Shown here: piece by piece, positions 9,057 to 19,462 of the stretch
Position numbering within the stretch: the first letter of the stretch is position 1
How the letters are laid out: each line of letters opens with the position of its first letter
Source of the DNA: Alphaproteobacteria bacterium
GTDB taxonomy: Bacteria > Pseudomonadota > Alphaproteobacteria > RF32 > CAG-239
Length of the DNA stretch: 53,938 nucleotides
Assembly (NCBI GenBank): GCA_045111335.1
Contig: JBGUGE010000062.1
Location: 1-53,938 of the forward strand
Direction: 5' to 3'
The notes under the pieces: model-generated
Databases searched by the model: none
Told to the model about the DNA's origin: nothing
The model's input: the letters and a program-made list of their open reading frames with translations, nothing else
Made by a program: the position numbers and the translations under genes

Positions 9057-9851
9057 CTAAAGTTCGCGTAATTTCTGTTTCAGTCGCAACAAATCCGACC
9101 AAGCCTTTGCTTTTTGCGAGGTTGTACGCAACAAATAAGCCGGATGGAAGCTTGAAAGCGTCGGAATAACCGTGCCTTTGGACGAAACATAATCGATAAA
9201 CCGACCGCGCAAAGACGAAATGCTGTCGGCATTATTCAGCAACGCATTAGCCGCACTGCGTCCTAAAATGAAAATGATTTTAGGATTTATCAACTCGATT
9301 TGTCGCTTCAAAAACGGTAAACATACGGTAACCTCTTCCGAAGTAGGCGTACGATTCCCCGGCGGTCGCCACGGCAAAATGTTGGTAATGTAGCAATCTT
9401 CACGCTTCAGGCTGATTGCCGCCAGCATTTTATCCAAAAGATGTCCGCTACGTCCGACAAAAGGTTCGCCCAAGCGATCTTCATCCGCCCCCGGTGCTTC
9501 GCCGATAAGCATAACTTCGGCCCGCGGATTGCCGTAGCCGAACACGGTGGAATTGGCCGAGAATTTTAAGGAACAACCGTCAAATTCTTCGATCATAGCG
9601 CGTAAATCGTCGAGAGTTTGTGCTTTTTGGCAGATTTCTTGTGCACTTTTGCAGGCCGCAATATTGATTTGCGATAAATCGGAAACGGCCTGTCGCGGAG
9701 CTGTTATCGTTGCAATTGCAGGGGCTGTCAATCTGACATCGGCCGTTTGTGCCGATTCGGTCGGCTTTAAGGCATTACAAGGCTCATCGGCGCAAATTTC
9801 TTCAACGCCGGCGGTTATGTACCAATTCAATATTTGCCCTATATCGCTCAT
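9057..9851 (-). CDS. Uracil-DNA glycosylase, family 4, with N-terminal extension
   Basis: Carries GEAPGADEDRLGEPFVGRSGHLLDKML and the C-terminal HP(A/S)YLLR motif. The start is set at the internal ATG (MSDIGQ). Confidence 0.8.
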   Translation of the reverse strand: MSDIGQILNWYITAGVEEICADEPCNALKPTESAQTADVRLTAPAIATITAPRQAVSDLSQINIAACKSAQEICQKAQTLDDLRAMIEEFDGCSLKFSANSTVFGYGNPRAEVMLIGEAPGADEDRLGEPFVGRSGHLLDKMLAAISLKREDCYITNILPWRPPGNRTPTSEEVTVCLPFLKRQIELINPKIIFILGRSAANALLNNADSISSLRGRFIDYVSSKGTVIPTLSSFHPAYLLRTTSQKAKAWSDLLRLKQKLREL

Positions 9852-10014
9852 AGCAACTCCGTTTTTCAATATATTCGTAAATAAATTATTTTGCAAATAA
9901 AGATTTTCGTTTGTCGCAAAATAATATTGCACAACAAATATCTTTACACATTGATAATATTTTCTATATATAATATATTGTCAGCGATTTTAGATTTTTC
10001 AGGGTAAGAAAGTT

Positions 10015-11904
10015 ATGAACAGAATTATGATAAAAACGGTTTTCGGAGTGATTGCGGCATGTGTGACGATTCTGGCCTGCAATCGGAATATTCAATGGAC
10101 ATCTTTATTTAAGTTCGGCGATTCGTCGCAAAAAATAATGCCGGAGTTTGATGCCGACGGATATTGGCAGACGCCGGATTTTATCGCCAAGAAAAATTCG
10201 GACCAAACCATTTCTTTTTATGGTACAAAATCTCAGTATGGCGCTTATTTGGCCGGTCGGGTGGCACATTTGCGACAAGATTTTGAAAATGCCGCGGAAT
10301 ACTATAAAATCGCTATGGATAAAGATAAAGAAAACACATCGCTTAATCGTACCGTTTATGTTATTTTGACTTCCCTCGGACAAATAGACGAGGCTGTGCC
10401 TTATGCCCGCAAAGAAATGGAAAATGAAAACCGTGAATTGTTGGCTCCGTTGGTGGTTGCGGTTAAGGAATTTGCCGACGGAAATTACGCCGCGGCGCGT
10501 GAAAATATGTCCACGGTAAAAGATAAGCTTTACGTCAGTTTAATCAATCCTCTGTTTAACGCATGGGCATACGCCGGCGAAAAAGATGAGGCCAACGCCG
10601 TTAAACAGATAGACAGTATTACCAATGACCCGTCATTGGACGTGATGAAACTGTTTCATAAGGGGTTGATTTATGATTATTTGGATAATAAAGAAAAGGC
10701 CTCGGAATGCTATGCGGCGATTGTGCGGAATTATCCTAAAGATGTGACGTATCGTATTTTGGATATAATTACGAATTTTTATGTGCGTTTAGGCAACAAA
10801 GAACAGGCGCGTCAATTGTTGGGACGTTATAATGACGAGGGGATACTGTCGGTGTTGCTTAAAGATATCGAAACGCGGATTGATGATACCTCTGCAACCA
10901 CCTCGCCGATTATTGATGAGCCTCGAAAGGGTTTGGCTGAAGCACTGTTCAACATCGGTACGTTATTCAGAACCGCACATAACGGGGCGGAGGTCGCACA
11001 ATTTTATATGGCGATGTCATCCTATCTTAATCCGGATTATGAAGTTTCCAAAATTGCCTTGGCTAATGTTTTGGAGGAATCCGGTCTGTTGCGCGAGGCC
11101 AACAAATATTATTCGCAAATCGGCAAAGATTCGGGCTCGTATTTTATTGCTCAGCTGAAAATGATTGAAAATTATAATTCATTGGAAGAATATGATGCCG
11201 CCGAAAATCATCTCAAAACATTGTTGCAACGCTATCCGGACAATACACAACTGTTGAGCGATTTGGCCAGTATCAACAGCAATCAAAAAAAGGATGCCGA
11301 AGCGGTGCGTTTGTATCAGCAGGCACTTGACAGTATGTCTCAGGTTAATCCTACCAACAGTTGGCCGATTTATTATGCTATGGCGATTTCGTACGACCGC
11401 ATGAATCAAAAAGATAAATCCGAAGCCAATTTGCAAAAAGCATTGGAATTAAGTAATCGCGACCCGAATGTGCTTAATTATCTCGGCTATTCGTGGTTGA
11501 TTGAAAATAAAAATCCGGACGATGCGGTAGCCATGATTTTGGAGGCATATACACAATACCCGTACGACGGGCATATTTTGGACAGTTTGGGCTGGGTTTA
11601 TTTTAAGTTGGGGCAATATAACAAAGCAATTCAATTTTTAGAGCAAGCCTCGGCATTAAACTCCGGTAATGCCGCCATCAGCGACCATCTGGGTGATGCT
11701 TATTGGTTCGGCGGCCGCAAAAACGAAGCGGTCTTTCAATGGAAACATGCCTTGGTGTTTAAAGAAGATGCCGATGCCGTTTCAAAAGAAGAAATCGAGC
11801 GCAAAATCGAAAACGGTATTGAATATAACGAACCGATTGTACTTCAAGACGAGAATTTGCTTAAAACTTTGGATTCGATTTCGATTAAACCAAATTCTCA
11901 TTAA
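10015..11904 (+). CDS. Tetratricopeptide-repeat protein with N-terminal signal/anchor
   Basis: 629 aa with multiple TPR-like A/Y/L heptad patterns (AxxYYxxAL...). Confidence 0.7.
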   Translation: MNRIMIKTVFGVIAACVTILACNRNIQWTSLFKFGDSSQKIMPEFDADGYWQTPDFIAKKNSDQTISFYGTKSQYGAYLAGRVAHLRQDFENAAEYYKIAMDKDKENTSLNRTVYVILTSLGQIDEAVPYARKEMENENRELLAPLVVAVKEFADGNYAAARENMSTVKDKLYVSLINPLFNAWAYAGEKDEANAVKQIDSITNDPSLDVMKLFHKGLIYDYLDNKEKASECYAAIVRNYPKDVTYRILDIITNFYVRLGNKEQARQLLGRYNDEGILSVLLKDIETRIDDTSATTSPIIDEPRKGLAEALFNIGTLFRTAHNGAEVAQFYMAMSSYLNPDYEVSKIALANVLEESGLLREANKYYSQIGKDSGSYFIAQLKMIENYNSLEEYDAAENHLKTLLQRYPDNTQLLSDLASINSNQKKDAEAVRLYQQALDSMSQVNPTNSWPIYYAMAISYDRMNQKDKSEANLQKALELSNRDPNVLNYLGYSWLIENKNPDDAVAMILEAYTQYPYDGHILDSLGWVYFKLGQYNKAIQFLEQASALNSGNAAISDHLGDAYWFGGRKNEAVFQWKHALVFKEDADAVSKEEIERKIENGIEYNEPIVLQDENLLKTLDSISIKPNSH

Positions 11905-11941
11905 AACCGAAAAAAGCACCGACATAACTCGGTGCTTAAAT

Positions 11942-12358
11942 TTAATTGATTGAAAAACGTCCGAGCGACGGATTGGCCGTACTGAGCTGCATCAGCGGAA
12001 TATCGATGTTGAAAACGGTACCGTCGGCTTTACAGGCAACACAGCTTCCGTAAAGAACTGCGGCGCGTCCGTCAACAATGGCCGTATCTTCAAATTCAAA
12101 ACACTCTCCCGGTTCCAAATCCGGCAACTCGCCGTCAAAACCTTCGCCCAAATCATAATGATTCTGGCCGAAACTGTCGGTAATGCAAAAGTTGCGACGC
12201 AGCAGGCGGATACGCTGATTGGAATTATTTTCGATGCGCAAACAATACGCCCAGAGCTCACGCCGCGTATCATCATAATCCAACTGTTCCGGATATGCCG
12301 ATACCATCACATCGCCGGTTTGGATAACACTGAAGTCAAAATCATCTGAATCGGACAT
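11942..12358 (-). CDS. apaG: ApaG (DUF525) protein
   Basis: 138 aa. The pattern WAYCLRIENNSNQRIRLLRRNFCITD...GEGFDGELPDLEPGE...FNIDIP parallels E. coli ApaG. Confidence 0.75.
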   Translation of the reverse strand: MSDSDDFDFSVIQTGDVMVSAYPEQLDYDDTRRELWAYCLRIENNSNQRIRLLRRNFCITDSFGQNHYDLGEGFDGELPDLEPGECFEFEDTAIVDGRAAVLYGSCVACKADGTVFNIDIPLMQLSTANPSLGRFSIN

Positions 12359-12458
12359 AAAAAATCCCCTTTAAAAACCTGATTAAGGATTCATTAACCT
12401 TTATCAAAGTTCAAGAGGATTCTTCAGTTATGCAGAAAGTTATGCACAGATAATAAGG

Positions 12459-12824
12459 TCAGCCGGCTCGGCCGTATTTGTCTTCATAGCGAACAATATC
12501 GTTTTCATCTAAATTTTCGCCGATTTGTACTTCAATAAATTCTAACGGCTCATCGGCATCGTTGCGAATACGATGTTTGGTTTGCGCCGGAATATATACC
12601 GATTCGCCGGCCTTTTTGGTGAGTTGCTGTTCCCCTAAAGTCACGGTAGCAACACCGCTTACCATAATCCAATGTTCGGCGCGATGATGATGTAACTGCA
12701 ACGAAAGAATACCGCCGGAATTAACCGTAATATGCTTAACGCAAAAACCTTTGCCGCATTCAATCACTTCCCAAGTTCCCCACGGACGCGTGTCGTGTTG
12801 TCCGCGAGCATAATTATTCGTCAT
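12459..12824 (-). CDS. Cupin-domain protein (mannose-6-phosphate isomerase type II C-terminal-like)
   Basis: 121 aa with RPWGxWE, SLQLHHHRAEHW and the YIPxxxxHRxxN cupin motifs. Confidence 0.7.
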   Translation of the reverse strand: MTNNYARGQHDTRPWGTWEVIECGKGFCVKHITVNSGGILSLQLHHHRAEHWIMVSGVATVTLGEQQLTKKAGESVYIPAQTKHRIRNDADEPLEFIEVQIGENLDENDIVRYEDKYGRAG

Positions 12825-12909
12825 TTTTAACTCCTTTTTTAGTTTACATCAGCTAAAATCTGATATAACAATAAAAAAAATGTTGCAACAATAATTTACG
12901 GGTATCCAG

Positions 12910-15129
12910 ATGCAAATTTCAACGGCGGTCAGCGAGGCTTTGGCTCTTCAGCGTTTAATCAGCGCGGAATTGATTAAATCCAAAAGCATACCGGAAAAGC
13001 TCAATAAAATATTGAAAGCATTCGTCGATTCGACTAATTCCGATTCGGCACTGTTGTATGCTACCGTTGATGAAAATTATCTTGAGTTGGTCGGCGAGTG
13101 GAAGGCGCAGAATTATAAATCCAACATTCGCTACAATGAAGACAGCATCGGTCGCAGCGCCGCCACCAAGCGCACCGTGCGCGAAACATTGCCGGCGCAA
13201 AATGTTACGTTGCTGAGTATTCCGGTAACGCGTTTGAATTTAACCGTCGGGGCATTGGTGCTGGTTAAAAACGGCACCGAGGCATTTGACGATGCGGAAA
13301 TTGAAACCGCCGAAACATTGGCATTGACATTATCCGATTTGTTTAATCACAACGAGTTTAAAGAGTTTCGCAATCAAATAATTCGCGCTAAAGGTATTGT
13401 GGTACGGGAAGCACTGCACGGCACCAGTTTGAATAAAGGATACGGCGTGGGCAAGGCCGTATTCCACCATCGTCATCGCGAGTTGGTCAATATCTTTACC
13501 GATAACATAGAGCTTGAAAAATCCAAATTGGAAGAAGGCCGGCAACGTATGGCGGATTATTTTAATACCAAAATCGAGCAGGCCGGAAACTATATCGGCA
13601 ACACCACCGAAATTATGGAAACATATCGAATGTTTGCCATGGATAAAGGATGGTATAAAAAAATTATTACCGATATTGAAAAAGGTTATACGGCCGAGGC
13701 GGCGGTGGAACACGTTTATGAAGATATGTGGAACAAACTCTCGGCCACCAGCGATGCTTATTTAAAAGAGCGACTGTATGATTTGCGTGATGTTTCCGAC
13801 CGATTGCGGGCGTTTATTGCCGGCGACAGCCAATCTTCGGCTCAAATTGCACCTGATGAAGATGTGATTATTATTGCTCAAACCATGGGACCGTCTGATT
13901 TGATGGACTATAACTACGAAAATATCCGCGGATTGATTATTGAAGATTGTACGCCGACCATGCATGTCGTAATTGTGGCTAAAGCCCTGAATATTCCGGT
14001 AATTGCGCAAATTCACGGCATTTTGAAAGAAATCAAAGTCGGCGAAATGATAGCAGTTAACGGTGACGAAGCCAAGGTATATACACACCCGAGCGAAAAG
14101 CAAATTGCCGAATATCAAAAAAAATCGGTGCGTTTGCACAAAGTTTTTGCCGAGTTGGAAAAGCTTAAACAAAAGCCGACGGTAACGCTGGATAATGTCA
14201 AAATAAATTTGGCGATGAACTACGGATTGGACTTGGATTTTGAATATTTGAAGCCGACAAATTGCGATGGTATCGGGCTGTATCGTACCGAAATTACTTT
14301 TATGTCTGCCGATAAAATGCCGGATGTTGAAAGTCAGGAAGCACAATATAAAAAATTGTTTGATGCAATGGGCAGCAAAAAAATCATCTTTCGCAGTTTA
14401 GATGTCGGTTCGGATAAATTTCTGCCGTATTGGGGCGAAATGAAAGAGGAAAATCCGGCACTCGGATGGCGCTCGATTCGTATTACTTTGGATCGCCGCG
14501 CGCTTTTGCGTCAACAGATTCGTGCCATGTTGCGGGCAGCCGCCGGCAAGGAATTAAACGTGATGTTTCCGATGGTGTCATCACTTCAGGAATTTATTGA
14601 GGCCAAAGAGACCCTGATGCTTGAATATGAGCGTGAACGTCAACGCAAAAAACTGACGGCGCGTGAAGTGAAAGTCGGTATTATGATTGAAGTGCCGTCG
14701 GTGCTGTTTCAGCTTGATGAACTGTTGCAGGCGGTGGATTTTGTTTCGGTCGGCACCAATGATTTGTATCAGTTTGTGTTTGCATGCGACCGCGGCAACC
14801 CGCGTTTGACTAATCGCTATGATGTGCTGTCGGCGCCGTTTTTGAAACTGATGAAAAAAATTGTCGACAAGGCCACGCAGTATAAAGTTTATTGCTCGGT
14901 TTGCGGCGAAATGGCCAGCAATCCGTTGGAAGCCATGGCGCTTATCGGGTTGGGATATCGCAATTTATCGGTATCCGGCGCTCGCTATGCGCAAATTAAA
15001 AATATGATTCGCTCAATGAAGGTTGAAGATGTGGAAGACTACGTCAAAAACCTGATGAAATCACCAAAAACAAGTATTCGGCCGCAATTAACGGCGTATG
15101 CCTATGATCATGCTATTGCAATTGATTAA
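12910..15129 (+). CDS. ptsP: Phosphoenolpyruvate-protein phosphotransferase EI-Ntr (GAF + PEP-utilising domains)
   Basis: 739 aa with an N-terminal GAF-like region, the GPSDL / TPTMHVVIVAKALNIPV phosphohistidine region and a C-terminal GTNDLYQF motif. Confidence 0.85.
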   Translation: MQISTAVSEALALQRLISAELIKSKSIPEKLNKILKAFVDSTNSDSALLYATVDENYLELVGEWKAQNYKSNIRYNEDSIGRSAATKRTVRETLPAQNVTLLSIPVTRLNLTVGALVLVKNGTEAFDDAEIETAETLALTLSDLFNHNEFKEFRNQIIRAKGIVVREALHGTSLNKGYGVGKAVFHHRHRELVNIFTDNIELEKSKLEEGRQRMADYFNTKIEQAGNYIGNTTEIMETYRMFAMDKGWYKKIITDIEKGYTAEAAVEHVYEDMWNKLSATSDAYLKERLYDLRDVSDRLRAFIAGDSQSSAQIAPDEDVIIIAQTMGPSDLMDYNYENIRGLIIEDCTPTMHVVIVAKALNIPVIAQIHGILKEIKVGEMIAVNGDEAKVYTHPSEKQIAEYQKKSVRLHKVFAELEKLKQKPTVTLDNVKINLAMNYGLDLDFEYLKPTNCDGIGLYRTEITFMSADKMPDVESQEAQYKKLFDAMGSKKIIFRSLDVGSDKFLPYWGEMKEENPALGWRSIRITLDRRALLRQQIRAMLRAAAGKELNVMFPMVSSLQEFIEAKETLMLEYERERQRKKLTAREVKVGIMIEVPSVLFQLDELLQAVDFVSVGTNDLYQFVFACDRGNPRLTNRYDVLSAPFLKLMKKIVDKATQYKVYCSVCGEMASNPLEAMALIGLGYRNLSVSGARYAQIKNMIRSMKVEDVEDYVKNLMKSPKTSIRPQLTAYAYDHAIAID

Positions 15130-15167
15130 ATTTTATGTTATAAGCCGCAAAAAATAGGAGAAAAAAC

Positions 15168-16106
15168 GTGGTAAAAGAAAAAACAGAACAAGAAGAAATT
15201 CAAACCGTCGGTGCAATGTTGCGCGAAGCACGGTTAAAGTTGGGTAAAACCGAAGCCGATATTGCAGATGAATTGTGCATTCGCAAGTCTTATGTGACGG
15301 CAATCGAAGAAATGGATTTTGCCAATATTCCGCCGCACCCGTTCGGTATCGGGTTCATTCGCAGTTATGCTGAGGCGGTGGGCTTAAACAGTGACCGAAT
15401 CGTGTCGTCATATCATCAGTCTTTTCACGAAAACAAAGAGGAAAGAATAAGTGAAAAAGTTGCCGATACGGGTTCTTCGTTACCGCGTTTCAAGCATATC
15501 TTTTTCGGCTTGTGCGGTTTGGCGGCACTGTTTGCGATATGGTCGGTTTTGCCGATTAGCGAGCCGGTTGAAGACTTTGAGGAAGATGCAGCCGATGTTT
15601 TGCCGGAGCCGGTGATTGTGGCTGAAGATACCACGGTCAATGAAACCGCCGAAATCGCGACGGCTGACGAAACTCCGGTTGCGGAAACCGAAACGGTTGA
15701 AACCACGGAAGTTGAAGAAGTTGCAAGCGATAATGCCGATACGAGTGAAGCATTGCAAAAAATAATTCAGGAAGTTGATGAAGAAGAGCCGGCAGTTGAA
15801 GAGGATACCGCCGAGGAAGAAACAACCGCGGCAGAAGAAGAGCCAAGCGAATATCATAAAATGCGCATGGTGTTGAACGGCCCGTCTTGGGTAGAAATTA
15901 AACAGGGCGAAAAAACGATTCTGCGCGGCTCGGTTTATAAAAAAGGTTTCAGCTATGACATTCCGTCGGAAGAAGGCTTGACGATTACTGTCGGTCGTCC
16001 GCGCAGCGCCGTGTTCTATGTTGACGGTAAACCGGTTAAGGTTGTGTCGGTCATGAACAGCAAGCGCGTAAGTTTGGACAGCTTCATCAAAAAGACAAAC
16101 GATTAG
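15168..16106 (+). CDS. RodZ-like cytoskeleton protein (HTH, TM, acidic linker, DUF4115-like C-terminus)
   Basis: GTG start. It has an N-terminal XRE-type HTH, one TM segment, an E/T/A-rich linker and a C-terminal beta domain (SWVEIK...GxxYxxG). Confidence 0.7.
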   Translation: MVKEKTEQEEIQTVGAMLREARLKLGKTEADIADELCIRKSYVTAIEEMDFANIPPHPFGIGFIRSYAEAVGLNSDRIVSSYHQSFHENKEERISEKVADTGSSLPRFKHIFFGLCGLAALFAIWSVLPISEPVEDFEEDAADVLPEPVIVAEDTTVNETAEIATADETPVAETETVETTEVEEVASDNADTSEALQKIIQEVDEEEPAVEEDTAEEETTAAEEEPSEYHKMRMVLNGPSWVEIKQGEKTILRGSVYKKGFSYDIPSEEGLTITVGRPRSAVFYVDGKPVKVVSVMNSKRVSLDSFIKKTND

Positions 16107-16114
16107 AGGATTTT

Positions 16115-17350
16115 ATGGAAAAAATACAATGTGTGCGCGGCACTTACGATTTATACGGTGCCGCCAAAAGAAAAATGAAAAAAGTTGTGAGCGTCGGCTC
16201 GACGGTGGTAGAAAAATACGGCTTTGAAGAAATCGAAACGCCGATTTTCGAATTTACGGAAGTTTTTGCCCGCAATTTGGGAGACACCACGGATATCGTG
16301 ACCAAAGAAATGTATTGCTTTGAAGATAAGGGGGGCGAGAGTCTGACCTTGCGTCCGGAAGGTACGGCCGGCGTGGTGCGGGCCTTTGTTTCTAACGGAA
16401 TGCAGCAAAATCTTCCGGTAAAGTTTTATTATCACGGTCCGATGTTTCGCTATGAGCGGCCGCAAAAGGGGCGTCAACGCCAGTTTACCCAATTCGGGGT
16501 TGAGCTGTTGGGAGTGGAAACGTCTCAGGCCGATATTGAAGTTATAGCGATGGCTTATGAGTTTTTGGAAAAATTAGGCTTGGACGGGCAGGTTACGGTG
16601 GAAATCAACTCTCTCGGAGATGCTGACAGCCGTGATGCCTATCGCAAAGAATTGGTGGCTTATTTGCAAAAGCACTACGATGAGCTTTCTGAAGACAGTA
16701 AAAACCGCTTAGAAAAAAATCCGCTGCGTGTGCTGGATTCCAAAGAAGAATGCGATAAGGCCGTGGTGGAAAACGCTCCTCTTTACGCCGACAGCTTAAA
16801 TGAAGAATCACGCAAGTTTTTTGCCGATGTGTTGCACGGGCTTGATTTGTTGGGTATTAAATATCGGGTTAACAATCGCTTGGTGCGCGGACTTGACTAT
16901 TACTCGCATACAGTGTTTGAACTCACTACCGACAAGCTCGGGGCGCAAGGTACGGTTTTGGCCGGCGGGCGCTATAACGGTTTGGTCGGACAAATGGGCG
17001 GCGGCGATGTTGCCGGTATCGGTTGGGCGTGCGGAGTAGAGCGCTTGGGTATGCTGTTGGAGCAGGATACGGGGCGGGTTCGTCCGGTGGCGATAATTCC
17101 GGTCGGTGACGATGCTAATGATGCCGCTCTCGAAATTGCTCATAAGTTGCGTTTGGCCGGATTTACGGTGGAGCAAAGTTACGGCGGTAATATGAAAAAG
17201 CGCATGATTAAGGCCAACAAAGTAAATGCCTGCAAGGCAGTAATTATCGGCTCCGACGAGCTGGCGGATAAAACGGCAACGGTTAAAGATTTGGACAGCG
17301 GTGCGCAAAAAACGGTGGCGTTGGCAAATTTGGTTGAGGAATTGCAATAA
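16115..17350 (+). CDS. hisS: Histidine--tRNA ligase
   Basis: 411 aa with class II motifs ([26 protein letters not shown]-like GGRYNGL). Confidence 0.95.
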   Translation: MEKIQCVRGTYDLYGAAKRKMKKVVSVGSTVVEKYGFEEIETPIFEFTEVFARNLGDTTDIVTKEMYCFEDKGGESLTLRPEGTAGVVRAFVSNGMQQNLPVKFYYHGPMFRYERPQKGRQRQFTQFGVELLGVETSQADIEVIAMAYEFLEKLGLDGQVTVEINSLGDADSRDAYRKELVAYLQKHYDELSEDSKNRLEKNPLRVLDSKEECDKAVVENAPLYADSLNEESRKFFADVLHGLDLLGIKYRVNNRLVRGLDYYSHTVFELTTDKLGAQGTVLAGGRYNGLVGQMGGGDVAGIGWACGVERLGMLLEQDTGRVRPVAIIPVGDDANDAALEIAHKLRLAGFTVEQSYGGNMKKRMIKANKVNACKAVIIGSDELADKTATVKDLDSGAQKTVALANLVEELQ

Positions 17351-18420
17351 TGAATATAGATGAAAAATTGGCAAACGTTGTCAACCGTTATGAAGAAGTG
17401 CAGGCGTTGCTGGCAACCGATGTTTCAACCGATGAATTGGTTAAGCTCAATAAGGAACTGGCTAATTTGCAGCCGATTGTCGAGGTTATCCATAAATACC
17501 AGCATCATCAGCAGATGATGGCCGATGATAAGGCAATGATGGAAGACACAACGCTGGATAGAGAAATGCGCGAAATGGCCGAGGTCGAATATTATGAGGC
17601 CAAAGAACAGTTGCCGCTTTTAGAAAAAGAAATCAAGGTAATGCTGTTGCCGAAAGACAGCGATGACGAAAAAAACGCCATTTTGGAAGTGCGTGCCGGC
17701 ACCGGCGGTGATGAGGCAGCGTTATTTGCGGCGGTGCTGTTTGAAATGTATCAACGTTATGCGCAAAAACAGGGTTGGCAGTTTGAAATTCTTGATTCCA
17801 ATGAAAACGGTATCGGCGGCTATAAAGAGGCTTCCGCCCGTATTACGGGAAAAGATGTTTTTGCTAAACTCAAGTTTGAGTCGGGCGCACACCGCGTACA
17901 ACGGGTGCCGGTAACCGAATCTCAAGGCAGAGTGCATACTTCGGCGGCTACGGTTGCGGTGTTGCCGGAAATTGAAGAGGTGGATTTATATATCAATCCG
18001 GCGGATTTGAAAATTGACGTATATCGCGCTTCGGGTGCCGGCGGTCAGCACGTTAACCGTACCGAGTCGGCGGTGCGTATTACCCACATTCCGACCGGTG
18101 TGGTGGTACAATGTCAGGACGATCGTTCGCAGTTTAAAAATAAAGAAAAGGCGATGAATCACTTGCGAGCCAAGCTTTATGACGAGCAAAAAGCTAAAAT
18201 TGATGCCAATTATTCGGAAAAGCGCAAATTGCAGGTGGGAAGCGGCGATCGCAGCGAGCGGATTCGTACATATAACTATCCGCAAGGGCGGGTGACCGAT
18301 CATCGCATCAACCTGACGCTGTATAAGCTGGAAGAAGTTGTTTCGGGTGAGGCCTTAAACGAAATTATCGATGCGCTGATTGCCGAAGATCAAGCCGCAC
18401 GTTTGGCCGAAATGGATTAG
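17350..18420 (+). CDS. prfA: Peptide chain release factor 1
   Basis: 356 aa with a P(V)T tripeptide region and the [12 protein letters not shown] motif. Its start overlaps the hisS stop (TAATG). Confidence 0.95.
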   Translation: MNIDEKLANVVNRYEEVQALLATDVSTDELVKLNKELANLQPIVEVIHKYQHHQQMMADDKAMMEDTTLDREMREMAEVEYYEAKEQLPLLEKEIKVMLLPKDSDDEKNAILEVRAGTGGDEAALFAAVLFEMYQRYAQKQGWQFEILDSNENGIGGYKEASARITGKDVFAKLKFESGAHRVQRVPVTESQGRVHTSAATVAVLPEIEEVDLYINPADLKIDVYRASGAGGQHVNRTESAVRITHIPTGVVVQCQDDRSQFKNKEKAMNHLRAKLYDEQKAKIDANYSEKRKLQVGSGDRSERIRTYNYPQGRVTDHRINLTLYKLEEVVSGEALNEIIDALIAEDQAARLAEMD

Positions 18421-18432
18421 AAAGGATTAAGT

Positions 18433-19044
18433 ATGGCTACAGCAATTGCTTATTGGGTAGGTTTTATAGGAGGCCGTATGTTGAGCGCAATACTGATATT
18501 GAGCCTGGTATTGGCGTTCGTGCGTAATCAGACGCGTAAAAATATTGTTATTGCCGGTGTAATAGCATATTTTATTGCCGTGTTTTTTAATGTTTGCGGA
18601 AATATAGACGGTCGGCTTTTGACGTGGCCGTTGGCTAAATTTTTATTACTGAATGCTCTCATGGTTAATGGTGTCGTATTTGCAGTAATAACATTGTTAA
18701 CGATATGGCGTCATTGGAACACCCAAAAATGGTTTGCTAAGGGTATGCTGTGGGTGGCCGGAGTTTTATATGGTTTGGTAATATTTTTGGCTTTTCCGAT
18801 GGAAATAAAGGAACAGTACGAAATACGGAAAATTGCGCATGAATTGACATACAGACAGTTTAATGCGCTGGAAGATTACGAAAAAGCAGTTATAACGTAT
18901 AAAATGGCGGGTGTAAAAGACGCCAACATTTATAAGTGTGTCAGAGCAAGCCAAGAATCCGATAGTATTCAGGATATTAAATTCAAAGAAATCGTAGAGA
19001 CATGTCGCGATATAATATATTCGGAACAGTCCGGTATCAAGTAA
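18433..19044 (+). CDS. Hypothetical membrane protein (4 TM plus soluble C-terminus)
   Basis: 203-aa hydrophobic N-terminal two-thirds, 12 nt after prfA and followed by a terminator. Confidence 0.55.
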   Translation: MATAIAYWVGFIGGRMLSAILILSLVLAFVRNQTRKNIVIAGVIAYFIAVFFNVCGNIDGRLLTWPLAKFLLLNALMVNGVVFAVITLLTIWRHWNTQKWFAKGMLWVAGVLYGLVIFLAFPMEIKEQYEIRKIAHELTYRQFNALEDYEKAVITYKMAGVKDANIYKCVRASQESDSIQDIKFKEIVETCRDIIYSEQSGIK

Positions 19045-19059
19045 GTGAAAATAACTGAT

Positions 19060-19098
19060 AAAAAAAACGCGGGATGCTGTGGCATCGCGCGTTTTTTC
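19060..19098. terminator. Bidirectional intrinsic terminator between convergent genes
   Basis: A-run, then CGCGGGATGC-TGTG-GCATCGCGCG (10 bp, 1 mismatch), then T-run. Confidence 0.6.
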
Positions 19099-19101
19099 TA
19101 C

Positions 19102-19383
19102 TCAAATCAAGCGTAATTGAAACAATCCCCAAACCATGGCTGCTATAAACCATAGAATACCAATTATATAATACAGCTTGATTAACCATGTCGGAATTTC
19201 TTTGCCATCGCTCCAGAACGAAAACACGATAACAATAAGTTCGATGATGGCCAACGTTATGGCCGCATAATCACCATGCAGGGCTCGGCCGACCAATGTT
19301 ACGGCGAAAATACCCAATGCCATCGAAATCAGAAAATTCAGACAACCAGACAAAACCTTCGTACTGATAGCTTTTGTACTCAT
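19102..19383 (-). CDS. Small hypothetical membrane protein (3 TM)
   Basis: 93 aa and strongly hydrophobic, ending at the bidirectional terminator. Confidence 0.5.
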   Translation of the reverse strand: MSTKAISTKVLSGCLNFLISMALGIFAVTLVGRALHGDYAAITLAIIELIVIVFSFWSDGKEIPTWLIKLYYIIGILWFIAAMVWGLFQLRLI

Positions 19384-19462
19384 GGCTAATAATTTGTAAA
19401 TACCTGTTTGATACTTGTTACTATATCAAATAAATATTTTTTGTCAATTATTTTTTATAAAA

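Noticed and set aside
12383-12398. Perfect CtrA-type box TTAA-N7-TTAAC (TTAAGGATTCATTAAC) 25 nt upstream of apaG.
   Set aside because: In several kb of AT-rich intergenic DNA on two strands, a TTAA-N7-TTAA match is roughly expected by chance. There is no second site or supporting context, and it is unknown whether this organism uses CtrA.
15590-15850. Repetitive GAA/GCC/ACC-rich DNA, considered as a tandem repeat element.
   Set aside because: It is in frame within the RodZ-like gene and encodes its acidic E/T/A-rich linker. It shows no exact DNA repeat unit and is compositional rather than a repeat element.
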